Part shown: positions 1 to 8,920 of the stretch, one piece after another
Numbering within the stretch: the stretch's first letter is position 1
How the letters are laid out: each line of letters starts with the position of its first letter
Assembly (NCBI GenBank): GCA_965369835.1
Contig: CBDUSE010000002.1
Span: forward strand, 1,346-65,345
DNA length: 64,000 nt
Direction of reading: 5' to 3'
DNA from: an uncultured bacterium
Lineage (GTDB): Bacteria > Auribacterota > JABMQX01 > JAFGEW01
Program-made: the position numbers and the translations under genes
The notes under the pieces: generated by a model
What the model saw: only the letters and a program-made list of their open reading frames with translations
Databases searched by the model: none
What the model was told of the DNA's origin: nothing

Positions 1-253
1 TTGAGGTCGTGCGCCACCCGACCGAAGGCGAAGCGTAGCATCGGCAGGCTATCACTCTCAAGCGTTCCCAGGCAAAGCTCCTGTGGCGACATCGCGTCTC
101 CTTCCTGACCTTGCTGCAGCAACCTAGCACGCCCTCAGCTACCTGACAAGCGGGATCGGCAGCCCTGAATGAACCACGGGGTTTCACGAATCAGCACCGA
201 TCATACCGCGTCGCGGCCGTCGGCGACAACGCTGGAGCGTCTACCGATTCCAC

Positions 254-1213
254 TTGAAGGCGAAAGACGACCCGACTAGACTGCCACTCACTTGCCTGGG
301 GGCGAAAGGTCGCTCGCGCCAGACACATCGCCAAGGTTCAACCCGGATCATGACGCAACAAAACAAGATCGCGCTCGTGCTTGGCTCCGGGGGCGTCAAG
401 GGGATCTCCCACGTGGGCATCCTGCAACGGCTTCGCGACGAGGCGATCTGCGTGGATGCGATCGTCGGGTGCAGCGTCGGGAGCCTGATCGCCGGCTTCT
501 ACGCGGGCGTGGGACTCGACCCGAACGAGATCCTCGAGCTCGGCAAGGGGCTGAACTGGTCGAACCTGTTCCACCACAGCCTGAGCCTGCGGCGCCTCGG
601 CACGCTGAGCCGCTACGCGGCACGCAAGGGCAAGTACGTTGCCGACACGCTCGACCAGCTCGCCCAGGCGAGCTTCGACAAGCTCTGGCACGACATCCGC
701 GAGCTCGGCATCGTCGCGTACGACAGGCTCAACGGGCGCGAGATCTTCTTCTGCACGGGGCTCCCGAACACCGGGTTCACGTTGCGCGACGCGGTCGGCG
801 TCTCGTGTCGCGTTCCGCTCTTTTACCCGGCCCGAAAACGCCGTGACGATTCGCGTTTGCTGGTTGATGGCGGGGTGATTCATCCGGTGCCGATTGACCG
901 GGCGTTCGGCAACCCGATCAACGCGACCAAGGCGATCGCGGTGGACGTGCGCCCGCTCGACAGAAAAAATAACTGGAGATGGAACGTCCTGATGCGGACG
1001 TTCTATCCCTATACCTCCCTGAAGGCGGTCGAGGTTGACGAGGCGGTCGCGCGCCGGCCCGACGACGTGGTGGTCGTGCGGCCGATCGAGAGGCACTACT
1101 CGATGTGGGGGCTCACGAACCCTCGGGTGGACGAGCTCGTGCGGCTCGGCTACGAGGCATTCACCGACGAGTGCCTCACCACCGTCCGGGCCTGGACCAC
1201 ACAGACCGCGTAA
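254..1213 (+). CDS. Patatin-like phospholipase. The true start is probably the ATG at 350 (MTQQNKIALVLGSGG...)
   Basis: Glycine-rich GSGGVKG motif and GCSVGS (GxSxG nucleophile elbow) read in the ORF translation. The first 32 codons of the ORF are likely 5' over-extension. Confidence 0.8.
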   Translation: MKAKDDPTRLPLTCLGAKGRSRQTHRQGSTRIMTQQNKIALVLGSGGVKGISHVGILQRLRDEAICVDAIVGCSVGSLIAGFYAGVGLDPNEILELGKGLNWSNLFHHSLSLRRLGTLSRYAARKGKYVADTLDQLAQASFDKLWHDIRELGIVAYDRLNGREIFFCTGLPNTGFTLRDAVGVSCRVPLFYPARKRRDDSRLLVDGGVIHPVPIDRAFGNPINATKAIAVDVRPLDRKNNWRWNVLMRTFYPYTSLKAVEVDEAVARRPDDVVVVRPIERHYSMWGLTNPRVDELVRLGYEAFTDECLTTVRAWTTQTA

Positions 1214-1314
1214 GGCCGACCGAAGGTCGGTCGGAACCAACCGAAAGCCGGTCGGATGCGCGAAGCCTATCTTGACCACAGAAGGGCGCGACCGTTTCAT
1301 CCCGGGGTCGGATC

Positions 1315-1827
1315 GTGAAGAAGGCGACTCGGAAAAAGCTCATCGAGTGGACGATCACCGTCCTGCTCGCGGCGCTTCTCGTCGTGGTAGCCTGGTACCG
1401 CTTCCTCGGACCAGGAAGTGAGCCGCGGCAAGCGATGCGCCGCTTCGGACCCGAATGGAGCGAGCTCCCGGCGGTCGCCACGGTCGAGGTGGTCAGGGAG
1501 GAGGAAGAGATTGCTCGCGGCCTGATGGGGCGCGACTCGCTCGCCCCCAACAGCGGGATGTATTTCCAATACGACGATACCGATGTTCGCACATTCTGGA
1601 TGCGGAACACGCGCATCCCGCTCTCGATCGCATTCATCCGCGCCGACGGCGTTATCACCTCGATCAAGCAGATGCAGCCATTCGACGAGACCCTCGTGAG
1701 CTCGGATGTCGAGGTCAAGGACGCGCTCGAGATGAACCAGGGCTGGTTCGCCGAGAACGGCATCGAGGCCGGTGACCGGGCCGAACTCGTGGAGAGTGAG
1801 GTCCACTTCTCGACGCGCTCGAGGTAG
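1315..1827 (+). CDS. DUF192 (COG1430-like) protein with an N-terminal TM/signal anchor
   Basis: GTG start. Conserved RGLMGR ... GMYFQY ... FWMRNTRIPLSIAFI ... MNQGWF pattern typical of the DUF192 family. Confidence 0.6.
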   Translation: MKKATRKKLIEWTITVLLAALLVVVAWYRFLGPGSEPRQAMRRFGPEWSELPAVATVEVVREEEEIARGLMGRDSLAPNSGMYFQYDDTDVRTFWMRNTRIPLSIAFIRADGVITSIKQMQPFDETLVSSDVEVKDALEMNQGWFAENGIEAGDRAELVESEVHFSTRSR

Positions 1828-1842
1828 GAGCGACGCCGGCCC

Positions 1843-2490
1843 TCAGTCACGGCCATACTGCTTGAGCAGCACGATTGATCGGTCCGCCAGCGGGGTGCGC
1901 GGGTAGTTCTGGCAAATGTTCTCGAGGATATCAAGACCCTCGGCGAGCCGGTGGGAGTCTACGAGCTTCCGCGCGCGGGCGAACTTGTCCCAGCCGCCCT
2001 TGATCCACTCCCACTCATCGAGCTCCTCGTACGCCCTCTTGACGTGCTTCTTGAGGAAGTCACTCTTCTTGTCAACGATCGTCTCGAGGATGTGGCGCGA
2101 CGATCCGGGATACGCCGGGTTCAGGAACGGCCGGTGCATCTGGTAGTGGGCCTTCTCGAGCATCTCCTCGGCCATGCCGTTCTTGGCCAGAAGCACGCTG
2201 AGATCAACCCGCTCGTCCACGCTGATCGCCGCGGCCCAGACTTCCACCGCCTCCTTGTACCGGCCCTGGCGCCGCAGGTCTTTGCCCTTCTCGAAGAGGT
2301 TCCGGGCGCGCGCCTCCGCCTGCTGGAACCGCCACTGCGCCTCGATCACCTGCTCGCGCTCCTCGCGCTCCTGCTCCGCGACGTCCTTGGCGCTCCTACG
2401 GCACCCGGCGCCCAACGTGAGCGCTCCAAGGCAGAGCGACACGCAAGCAAACCGGCCAATGCGAGCAAAGTAGCAGCTTCTCAACGACAT
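1843..2490 (-). CDS. Hypothetical lipoprotein (signal peptide with lipobox LTLGAGC)
   Basis: N-terminal hydrophobic stretch ending in a cysteine lipobox. No recognisable catalytic motif. Codon usage is consistent with the surrounding genes. Confidence 0.5.
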   Translation of the reverse strand: MSLRSCYFARIGRFACVSLCLGALTLGAGCRRSAKDVAEQEREEREQVIEAQWRFQQAEARARNLFEKGKDLRRQGRYKEAVEVWAAAISVDERVDLSVLLAKNGMAEEMLEKAHYQMHRPFLNPAYPGSSRHILETIVDKKSDFLKKHVKRAYEELDEWEWIKGGWDKFARARKLVDSHRLAEGLDILENICQNYPRTPLADRSIVLLKQYGRD

Positions 2491-2603
2491 GCGAGGAACC
2501 AGCCCTCCCGCTCACTCCGAATCGCTTGTTGGCCCACATTCTGCGCGGAGCGCGGCAACAGGTCAAGGCGCCTCGCAGGGCGAGGCGTGTCAGAGCGTAC
2601 TCG

Positions 2604-5006
2604 CTAAAGCGTGTAGACGAGCAAGATGATGAACAGCGCGAGCAGGATCAGTGCCTCGCCCGCAACGGTGGCGAAAAGCGAGAAGCGCTGCACGCCCGGT
2701 CGGAGCGTCTCGCGCTCGGCGACCGTCGTCCTGAGTTCCTCCTCGAGCCGGGCCTGTTGCTCGAGGTTCTTGTCAATCGGCGCGATCGCCTTCTTGAGCG
2801 TCGGCAGGTCGTGACCCTCTGCGTAGAGCGCCCGGCCCCACTCGTTTCGCGCATCGTCGAGGCGGCCCCGTGCCTCGGCAGTCCGGCGCTCGAGGTCACT
2901 CTTCTGCCGCTCGACCTGGGCGATTCTATCCTCGAGGTCGTTGCGAACCTCGCCCCACTTGCCCCGTGCAGCCTCGAGCTTCTGCTGGAGCTCGGCGGCC
3001 TTCCCGGCCTTTTCCTCCTCGTCCCGGCGCAGCCTGTCAAGGTTCGACGACGCTTTCTCTGCCTTGGACTTGTGCGTCTTGATCTGCGACTCGAGCTCGG
3101 CGATCTGCGACTCGACCTGCTTCTTTGCCTCGGCCGAGAGCGCCATCTCGCCGGTCGCTTCAAGCTGCGCCTTGCCCTCGCCGATGCGTCGCTCCGCCTG
3201 CTCTATGCCCGAGCGCGCCTGGTCGAGCGCGCTTTCCACCTCACTGCGCTTGTGGCGCGCCGCCGAAAGCTCGGCTACCGTGGCATCGGCGGCCTCCTTC
3301 GCCTTGGCGATCAGCCCCTCGTGCTTTGCACGTTTCTCGTTGAGCTCGCCCGCGAGCCCGGCGAGCTTCTCTTCCTGGTTCTTGAGCTCACCGTCGAGCT
3401 CGCGAAGCTCGCGGTCAATACCCGCGATCGTGGCGCGGTACTCGGCTGTCGGTTCATGTTCGACGTCCTTCTCGTCGGCAAGCTCGCCGAGCGCTCTGTA
3501 CAGCGACGGGACCTGATGCTCAAGCGCGCGTTTCCGGCCGCGCAGGTCGCCGCCGTGCCGACGGAGCTGAAAGGCGCGCCTCGCCGCCGAGAAGTCCTGC
3601 CGGAGCGAGCTCATCGCACGCCGTTCCTCCTCAAAGTCCTCGGGCCCGATGAGCTCGACCACCACCTCCTCATCGCTCGGCTTGTACTTGATGCTGACCA
3701 CGTCGCCCTTGATCGCGACAGCGGCGGACGTGTCGCCCGCCGGCATCCCGTCCATCACGTCGAGCCCCGTGACCGCACGCTGCAGGGCAAGGCCGTCCGG
3801 CTCCGGAACGAACTCGTTGCGGGCGCAGCGAGTCATTAGCCGCCGAATCCTCGATGAGGCGGCAGGCGAGTACTCGCCCCGCACCTCCTTGAGGATCTGC
3901 ACCCGCCACCAGCCCGTCAGCGCCGGGATCTGAATCCCCGCCAGGGCAACCATCGTCAACAGCCACGGCACCAGGTGCCACACATCCGTCCAGAATCTCT
4001 CCTCGGTCAGGCGGAACGCAAAGGCAACCGCGCCGAGACCGAAACACAGATAGGCGAACCGGAAATTCGTCCGGGCTACGATCAGCTTGAAGCGCAGGAG
4101 CCCCGGCCGTCGCATTGACCAGGCCGAGAGTGTCGCGAAGATGAAACCGACAAACATGATGAAGAAACCAAGCACCACAGGCGTGATGCCTCTGGAGAGC
4201 GCCTGCCGCGCCGCCTCGTCAATCCCGAGTTGAGGCCCGACGTCGGGCAGATACATGATCAGTGAGATCAACCCGAGGGAAAGGGCGAGGAAGGGCAGCA
4301 CGATCACACTGATGATCCCGCTCGTAAGCGTGGCAACCCGGTTTCCTTCCTGCAGCTCGGGGAAATAGCTCTTGATGCGCAAACTGGCCGCAAAGATTGA
4401 AGGAAGGAACACGACCAGGAAGCTGAACGCACCGAATCCGATCTGGAACGTGAGCGCGGCCGCTTCCCTCCCGTAGAAAATGAACACGAGCACGGGATAG
4501 ACAATCGCCGCGTACGCAACCCGGCCAAGAATGAAGAGAAATACCAATCGGCCCCGTCGAGCCGGATCGTTCACCTTCAGCCCGAGCCAGATCGCCGCCC
4601 CGCCCAGCCCGACCTCGATGAGCGCTCGGACCACCTCGAGCAGGATGACGCCGCCCTTGAGCCGGCTCCACTCGAGCTCGATGAGAGCGATGATGCTCAG
4701 AATGATATAGAGCGCGCCGCCGATGACAAGCTGGACCTTTTCCTGCTGGTCGGGCTTGCGCGACCGGAACCGCATGAACCACTGCCGGAACTTTGCTTTG
4801 ACCTGTTGCTCGTCCATAATGGGATCGGCCTCCATCGCAAAGACAACTTCGCCGGCCACAATGCCCCCGCTCCCGTGACCCGGCGGCATCGCACCGCCGC
4901 CACGATACGGGTGCAAAGCAAGCAACACTCGTGCCGACCGGATAAAATTGGGACAGCGCTCCCTATGCAAGCCTTTCAGGCTATGGGTTTCTGTTGGCTC
5001 GCTCAC
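2604..5006 (-). CDS. Large hypothetical protein: N-terminal polytopic membrane domain (~350 aa), ~350-aa charged coiled-coil, C-terminal TM anchor. The true start is possibly near 4835 (MEADPIMDEQQ)
   Basis: Multiple hydrophobic helices in the first third. Then heptad-like E/K/R/A/L-rich sequence (ELDGELKNQEEKLAGLAGELNEKRAKHEG...). The protein ends with hydrophobic LILLALFIILLVYTL. Confidence 0.55.
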   Translation of the reverse strand: MSEPTETHSLKGLHRERCPNFIRSARVLLALHPYRGGGAMPPGHGSGGIVAGEVVFAMEADPIMDEQQVKAKFRQWFMRFRSRKPDQQEKVQLVIGGALYIILSIIALIELEWSRLKGGVILLEVVRALIEVGLGGAAIWLGLKVNDPARRGRLVFLFILGRVAYAAIVYPVLVFIFYGREAAALTFQIGFGAFSFLVVFLPSIFAASLRIKSYFPELQEGNRVATLTSGIISVIVLPFLALSLGLISLIMYLPDVGPQLGIDEAARQALSRGITPVVLGFFIMFVGFIFATLSAWSMRRPGLLRFKLIVARTNFRFAYLCFGLGAVAFAFRLTEERFWTDVWHLVPWLLTMVALAGIQIPALTGWWRVQILKEVRGEYSPAASSRIRRLMTRCARNEFVPEPDGLALQRAVTGLDVMDGMPAGDTSAAVAIKGDVVSIKYKPSDEEVVVELIGPEDFEEERRAMSSLRQDFSAARRAFQLRRHGGDLRGRKRALEHQVPSLYRALGELADEKDVEHEPTAEYRATIAGIDRELRELDGELKNQEEKLAGLAGELNEKRAKHEGLIAKAKEAADATVAELSAARHKRSEVESALDQARSGIEQAERRIGEGKAQLEATGEMALSAEAKKQVESQIAELESQIKTHKSKAEKASSNLDRLRRDEEEKAGKAAELQQKLEAARGKWGEVRNDLEDRIAQVERQKSDLERRTAEARGRLDDARNEWGRALYAEGHDLPTLKKAIAPIDKNLEQQARLEEELRTTVAERETLRPGVQRFSLFATVAGEALILLALFIILLVYTL

Positions 5007-5134
5007 TCACCCAGGGTGGCCCTTCGATGGCACTCAGGGGAGCCGCTTCGCTGACCCTGGGCTTTTCTACGCAGCCCTTTCAGGGCACCGAGGAAACGGA
5101 CCATGTTTTGTGCAGGAGCTCCCGGGACAGAATA

Positions 5135-5746
5135 TTAAAGGAGGGAGATGAAGTTCTCGAGGACGCGCAGGCCGGCCGCCTGACTCTTCTCAGGGTGAAA
5201 CTGCGTTGAGAAGAAGCGCTCTTTCCAGACGACGGAGGCGAAGGTGTCCGTGTAGTCGGTCGTCGCGGCGACCAGCGACCCGTCCTCGGGAATGGGATAG
5301 TAGGAGTGAACGAAGTAGAAGTAGGCGCCGTCCTTGACGCCCTCGAGCAGCGGGCACGCCTTGCCCGCCTCGGTCTTGTGGATCGAGTTCCAGCCCATGT
5401 GCGGGATCTTCCTGCCGGGCGAGAAGCGCACCACCCGCCCCGGCATCAGGCCGAGCCCCTCGACACGCCCGCCTTCCTCGCTCTCCTCGAAGATCAATTG
5501 ATGCCCGAGGCACACGCCGAGGAACGGGCGTCCCGCCCGCACCCATTGGCGCAGGACCTCGACGAGCCCGAGTTCGTTGAGCTGCTGCATCGCGTCCGGA
5601 TAGCAGCCCTGGCCCGGGAACACCAGCCCTCTGGCCGACTCGATCGTCGCGCGATCCGAGGTGAGCACCGCCTCGGCGCCGATGTACTCGAACGCCTTCT
5701 GCACGCTGCGCAGGTTACCCATGCCGTAATCAACGATCGCGATCAC
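5135..5746 (-). CDS. hisH: Imidazole glycerol phosphate synthase glutamine amidotransferase subunit HisH (GTG start)
   Basis: IAIVDYGMGNLRSV N-terminus and a class-I GATase Cys (GVCLGHQL) with His-containing C-terminus. The start overlaps the hisB stop (GTGA). Confidence 0.9.
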   Translation of the reverse strand: MIAIVDYGMGNLRSVQKAFEYIGAEAVLTSDRATIESARGLVFPGQGCYPDAMQQLNELGLVEVLRQWVRAGRPFLGVCLGHQLIFEESEEGGRVEGLGLMPGRVVRFSPGRKIPHMGWNSIHKTEAGKACPLLEGVKDGAYFYFVHSYYPIPEDGSLVAATTDYTDTFASVVWKERFFSTQFHPEKSQAAGLRVLENFISLL

Positions 5747-6426
5747 AGCACCCCCTTGCTCGACGGCACGCCCGCGCGGCGCGCATCAACCCGCGTCGCC
5801 GCATCCAGCGCGCGGCCAACCGCCTTGAAGATCGCCTCGACGCAATGATGCGTGTTGCGGCCCGCCTCCAGCACGACGTGCAGCGTCATCTGCGCGTTGA
5901 AGGCGAACGCGCGCAAGAACTCCTCGAGGAGCTGCACCTCGAACCGCTTGATCTTCTTCGCCGGCAGCGCGGCGTCGTAGCGGAAGAACGCCCGGCCGCT
6001 CAGGTCCACGGCCGCGGTGGCGAGCGCCTCGTCCATCGGCACGGTGGCGCTGCCGTAGCGGACGATGCCCCGCTTGTCGCCGAGTGCCTCGACGAGCGCC
6101 TTGCCGAGCACGATGCCGACGTCCTCGACGAGGTGGTGGTCGTCCACGTCGGTGTCGCCGCGCGCCCTGATTGTGATGTCGAAGAGGCCATGGGTGGCGA
6201 CGAGCTCGAGCATGTGATTGAAGAACGGGATCGTCGTCGAGATCCGCGTCGTGCCGGTGCCGTCAAGCGCGAGCGCAAGCGCCACCTGGGTCTCCTTCGT
6301 CTTGCGGTCGAACGAGGCCGACCGTTTCGCACGCCGCTTCGTGCGCCCCTTCGTGGGCCCCTTCGTGGGCCCCTTCGTGGACCGCTTCGTGCGCCGCTTC
6401 GTGGGCCTTGTCTTCGCCATAGCCAC
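5743..6426 (-). CDS. hisB: Imidazoleglycerol-phosphate dehydratase HisB with a ~35-aa Lys/Arg/Thr-rich repetitive N-terminal tail. An ATG at 6420 is the likely start
   Basis: KTKETQV ... DTDVDDHHLVEDVGIVLG ... HHCVEAIFKA IGPD motifs. The N-terminus TKRRTKRSTKGPTKGPTKGRTKRRAKR is encoded by 12-bp tandem repeats. Confidence 0.85.
   Translation of the reverse strand: MAMAKTRPTKRRTKRSTKGPTKGPTKGRTKRRAKRSASFDRKTKETQVALALALDGTGTTRISTTIPFFNHMLELVATHGLFDITIRARGDTDVDDHHLVEDVGIVLGKALVEALGDKRGIVRYGSATVPMDEALATAAVDLSGRAFFRYDAALPAKKIKRFEVQLLEEFLRAFAFNAQMTLHVVLEAGRNTHHCVEAIFKAVGRALDAATRVDARRAGVPSSKGVL
6332..6415 (-). repeat. Six to seven tandem 12-bp repeats (consensus sSCCsCTTCGTG on the plus strand) inside the 5' end of hisB
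   Basis: Read directly: cgccgcttcgtg cgccccttcgtg ggccccttcgtg ggccccttcgtg gaccgcttcgtg cgccgcttcgtg ggccttgtcttc. Confidence 0.9.
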
Positions 6427-6432
6427 TGCTCC

Positions 6433-7638
6433 CTACAACTCAACGACGCCGGAGGGCGCGTCGGGCACTTCCATGCCGAGGCTGATCATTGTCAACTTCA
6501 TCGCCTCGAGCAGCTCGTGGTTCTGCTTCTCGCTGCCGACCGTGATGCGCAGGTAGTCGCTCACGCGCGGCCGGTCGAAGTAGCGCACGAGCACTTTCCG
6601 TGATACAAGCTCCTCCCAAAAAGCCTTCGCCGGCCGCTTCGGCGGTTTCGCAAAGACGAAGTTCGCCTCCGACGGCACGACCGTGAAGCCGAGCGCTCCG
6701 AGCGCCCTCGCGAGGAACTCACGCTGCTCGACAACGCGCCGGACGCACTGCTGCGAATACGCGCGGTCATCGAGGGCCGCTACCGCCGCGACCTGGCTCA
6801 GCGCGTTCATATTGTACGAATCCTTCACCTTCATCAAGCCGGAGATCAGCCCCGGCTGCGCAATCGCGAAGCCGACCCGCATGCCCGCGAGCGAGTACGA
6901 CTTCGACAGCGTCCGCAGCACGATGAGGTTCGAGCACTTGTGCACGAGCGCGAGGCCGTTTTCGCGGGCGAAATCGGCGTACGCCTCGTCGAGCACGACG
7001 ACGCCATTGCTCGTCTCGCACAGGCGGTCCACCTCGTCGAGCGAATGCAGGACGCCCGTTGGCGCGTTCGGGTTCGGCAGATAGACGAGCCTGGCGGGCC
7101 GGCCGAAAAAGCGCTCCGGCAGCGAAAAATCCCTGCGGAGCGGCACGCGGGTGAGCCGCGCCTCCTGGATCGCCACGAGCACTTCGACGAGCGTGTACGT
7201 CGGGTCGCCGACGAGAACGCGATCGCCCTTGTCGAGCAGTGCGCGCGTGATTATCGTGAGCACCTCGTCGGCGCCGTTGCCGACGAGCACCATCTCGGGC
7301 GTGACGCCGAACGTTGCCGCCGCGGCGACGCGGACCGACTCGGCCGTGGCGTTCGGATAGAGCGCGAGGCGTTCGTCCGCCGCTTTTCGCACGGCCTCGA
7401 GCACGCGCGGCGAGGGCGGGAAGGGGTTCTCGTTCGTATTAAGCTTGAGCCAGCCGTCCCCTTCGGGCTGGATGCCCGGCATGTATGCCTCCAGCGCCTC
7501 GACGGCCTTTCGGAAGTACCCGCGGCCGCTCATCGTTCCAGTCGCGCCCGGACGGCGCGCGCATGGGCCGGCAACTGCTCGGCTTCGGCCAGTTCCTCGA
7601 CGATAGGCGCGAGCTTCTCGAGCGCCGCGCGCGAGCAC
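6433..7638 (-). CDS. hisC: Histidinol-phosphate aminotransferase HisC. The likely start is ATG at 7533 (MSGRGYF...), overlapping the hisD stop
   Basis: Class-II aminotransferase fold with a PLP-lysine motif (SKSYSLAGMRVG) and NTNENP N-terminal motif. ATGA overlap with hisD at 7530-7533. Confidence 0.85.
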   Translation of the reverse strand: MLARGAREARAYRRGTGRSRAVAGPCARRPGATGTMSGRGYFRKAVEALEAYMPGIQPEGDGWLKLNTNENPFPPSPRVLEAVRKAADERLALYPNATAESVRVAAAATFGVTPEMVLVGNGADEVLTIITRALLDKGDRVLVGDPTYTLVEVLVAIQEARLTRVPLRRDFSLPERFFGRPARLVYLPNPNAPTGVLHSLDEVDRLCETSNGVVVLDEAYADFARENGLALVHKCSNLIVLRTLSKSYSLAGMRVGFAIAQPGLISGLMKVKDSYNMNALSQVAAVAALDDRAYSQQCVRRVVEQREFLARALGALGFTVVPSEANFVFAKPPKRPAKAFWEELVSRKVLVRYFDRPRVSDYLRITVGSEKQNHELLEAMKLTMISLGMEVPDAPSGVVEL

Positions 7639-8822
7639 TCGATCGTGCTGACGCGCTTGACGAAGTCATCCACGGAAAGGCCCGAGAACATCGCTGCCGC
7701 GCCGCCGGTGGGCAGGCAGTGGCTTGGCCCGGCGGCGAAGTCGCCGACGGGCACGGGCGAGTACGGACCTATAAAGATCGCGCCGGCGCTCGTGATCGAG
7801 GCGCTGAGGCGCCGTGCGTCGCGCGCGATGATCTCGAGGTGCTCAGCAGCGAACGCGTTGGCGAACTCGATCGCCTTCGGCATGCTCGGCGCGAGCACGA
7901 GCGCGATCCCGCGCTCGTGCCGTATGCGCATGCGTGAGAGCACCGGCAGCTCGTCGAGCTGCGCGCGGATCTGCATGCGGACCGCCTCGGCGAGACGCTT
8001 CGAGGTGGTCACAAGCACGGCGAACTCGTGACCGGTGCCGTGCTCGGCCTGCGAGACGATGTCGGCAGCGACCCAGCGTGGGTCAGCCGTCGCGTCCGCG
8101 AGCACGAGCACCTCGCTCGGCCCCAACGGCGCATCGAGCCCGACTACGCCGTAGACGAGCTTCTTGGCCGTCATCACGAAGATGTTGCCGGGACCGACGA
8201 TCTTGTCCACGCGCGCGACGCTACGGGTGCCGTAGGCGAGCGCGGCAATCGCCTGGGCGCCGCCGATCCGGTAGACCTCCTCGACGCCGCAGAGCGCGCA
8301 CGCGACGAGGATCGCCGGAGCGACTCGCCCGCGCTTGCCGGGTGGCGTGGCGATCACCACTTCGCCCACGCCGGCCACCTTGGCGGGCACAACGCTCATC
8401 AGCACCGTCGAGACAAGCGACGCCACGCCCCCGGGGACATAGGCGGCCACGCGCCGAAGCGGCAGAATGCGCTCGCCGAGCACGGCCCCGCTGCGCGCCT
8501 TCATCGTCCACGACTTGCGGCGCTGCCGGCGGTGATATGCCTCGATGTTGCGCTTGGCCGCCTTGAGCGCACGGACGAGCTTCGGCGGCGCGGCGTTCAG
8601 GGCCGCCTCGAGTTCCCGTCGCGACACGCGGATTCGGCCGGGCGAGAGTCTCACGCCATCGAACTTGCGCGTGAACTGGACGACAGCCGTGTCGCCGCGG
8701 CGGCGCACCGCCTCGACGATCGGGCGCACTCGGGCCTCGATGCCGCGCTCGATCGAACGCCGGTTCAGCAGCCGGTCGAGCAGCGCGCGGTCTTTTGACG
8801 CGCCAATGCGGAGCAATTCCAT
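7530..8822 (-). CDS. hisD: Histidinol dehydrogenase HisD
   Basis: Conserved SQAEHG and PTGG, Zn-binding His/Asp/Glu residues, and a full-length ~430-aa protein. Confidence 0.9.
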   Translation of the reverse strand: MELLRIGASKDRALLDRLLNRRSIERGIEARVRPIVEAVRRRGDTAVVQFTRKFDGVRLSPGRIRVSRRELEAALNAAPPKLVRALKAAKRNIEAYHRRQRRKSWTMKARSGAVLGERILPLRRVAAYVPGGVASLVSTVLMSVVPAKVAGVGEVVIATPPGKRGRVAPAILVACALCGVEEVYRIGGAQAIAALAYGTRSVARVDKIVGPGNIFVMTAKKLVYGVVGLDAPLGPSEVLVLADATADPRWVAADIVSQAEHGTGHEFAVLVTTSKRLAEAVRMQIRAQLDELPVLSRMRIRHERGIALVLAPSMPKAIEFANAFAAEHLEIIARDARRLSASITSAGAIFIGPYSPVPVGDFAAGPSHCLPTGGAAAMFSGLSVDDFVKRVSTIECSRAALEKLAPIVEELAEAEQLPAHARAVRARLER

Positions 8823-8920
8823 GGTTCACAGTTCCGTGGATACATCGGAGCAGCAGTATAGCACACCACGACGGGATGGGCTAAGGACGGAACGATCCTG
8901 GCGGGACGGTGCGCCGGCGG

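Noticed and set aside
2526-3839. Long plus-strand ORF (437 aa) antisense to the 800-aa membrane/coiled-coil gene. Similar long antisense ORFs occur at 8909-10552, 19066-20775, 29732-32233, 32220-34778, 34812-36533, 45261-47102 and 57281-59365
   Set aside because: High G+C suppresses stop codons in non-coding frames. Each of these lies opposite a strongly conserved gene (rpoA, rpsC/rplV, rpoC, rpoB and so on) and has Arg/Ala/Pro-rich low-complexity translations with no recognisable motif.
6000-6443. 147-aa Arg-rich ORF and other overlapping frames within hisB/hisC
   Set aside because: They are alternative frames of recognisable his genes, with extreme Arg/Pro/Ser composition typical of GC-rich off-frames.
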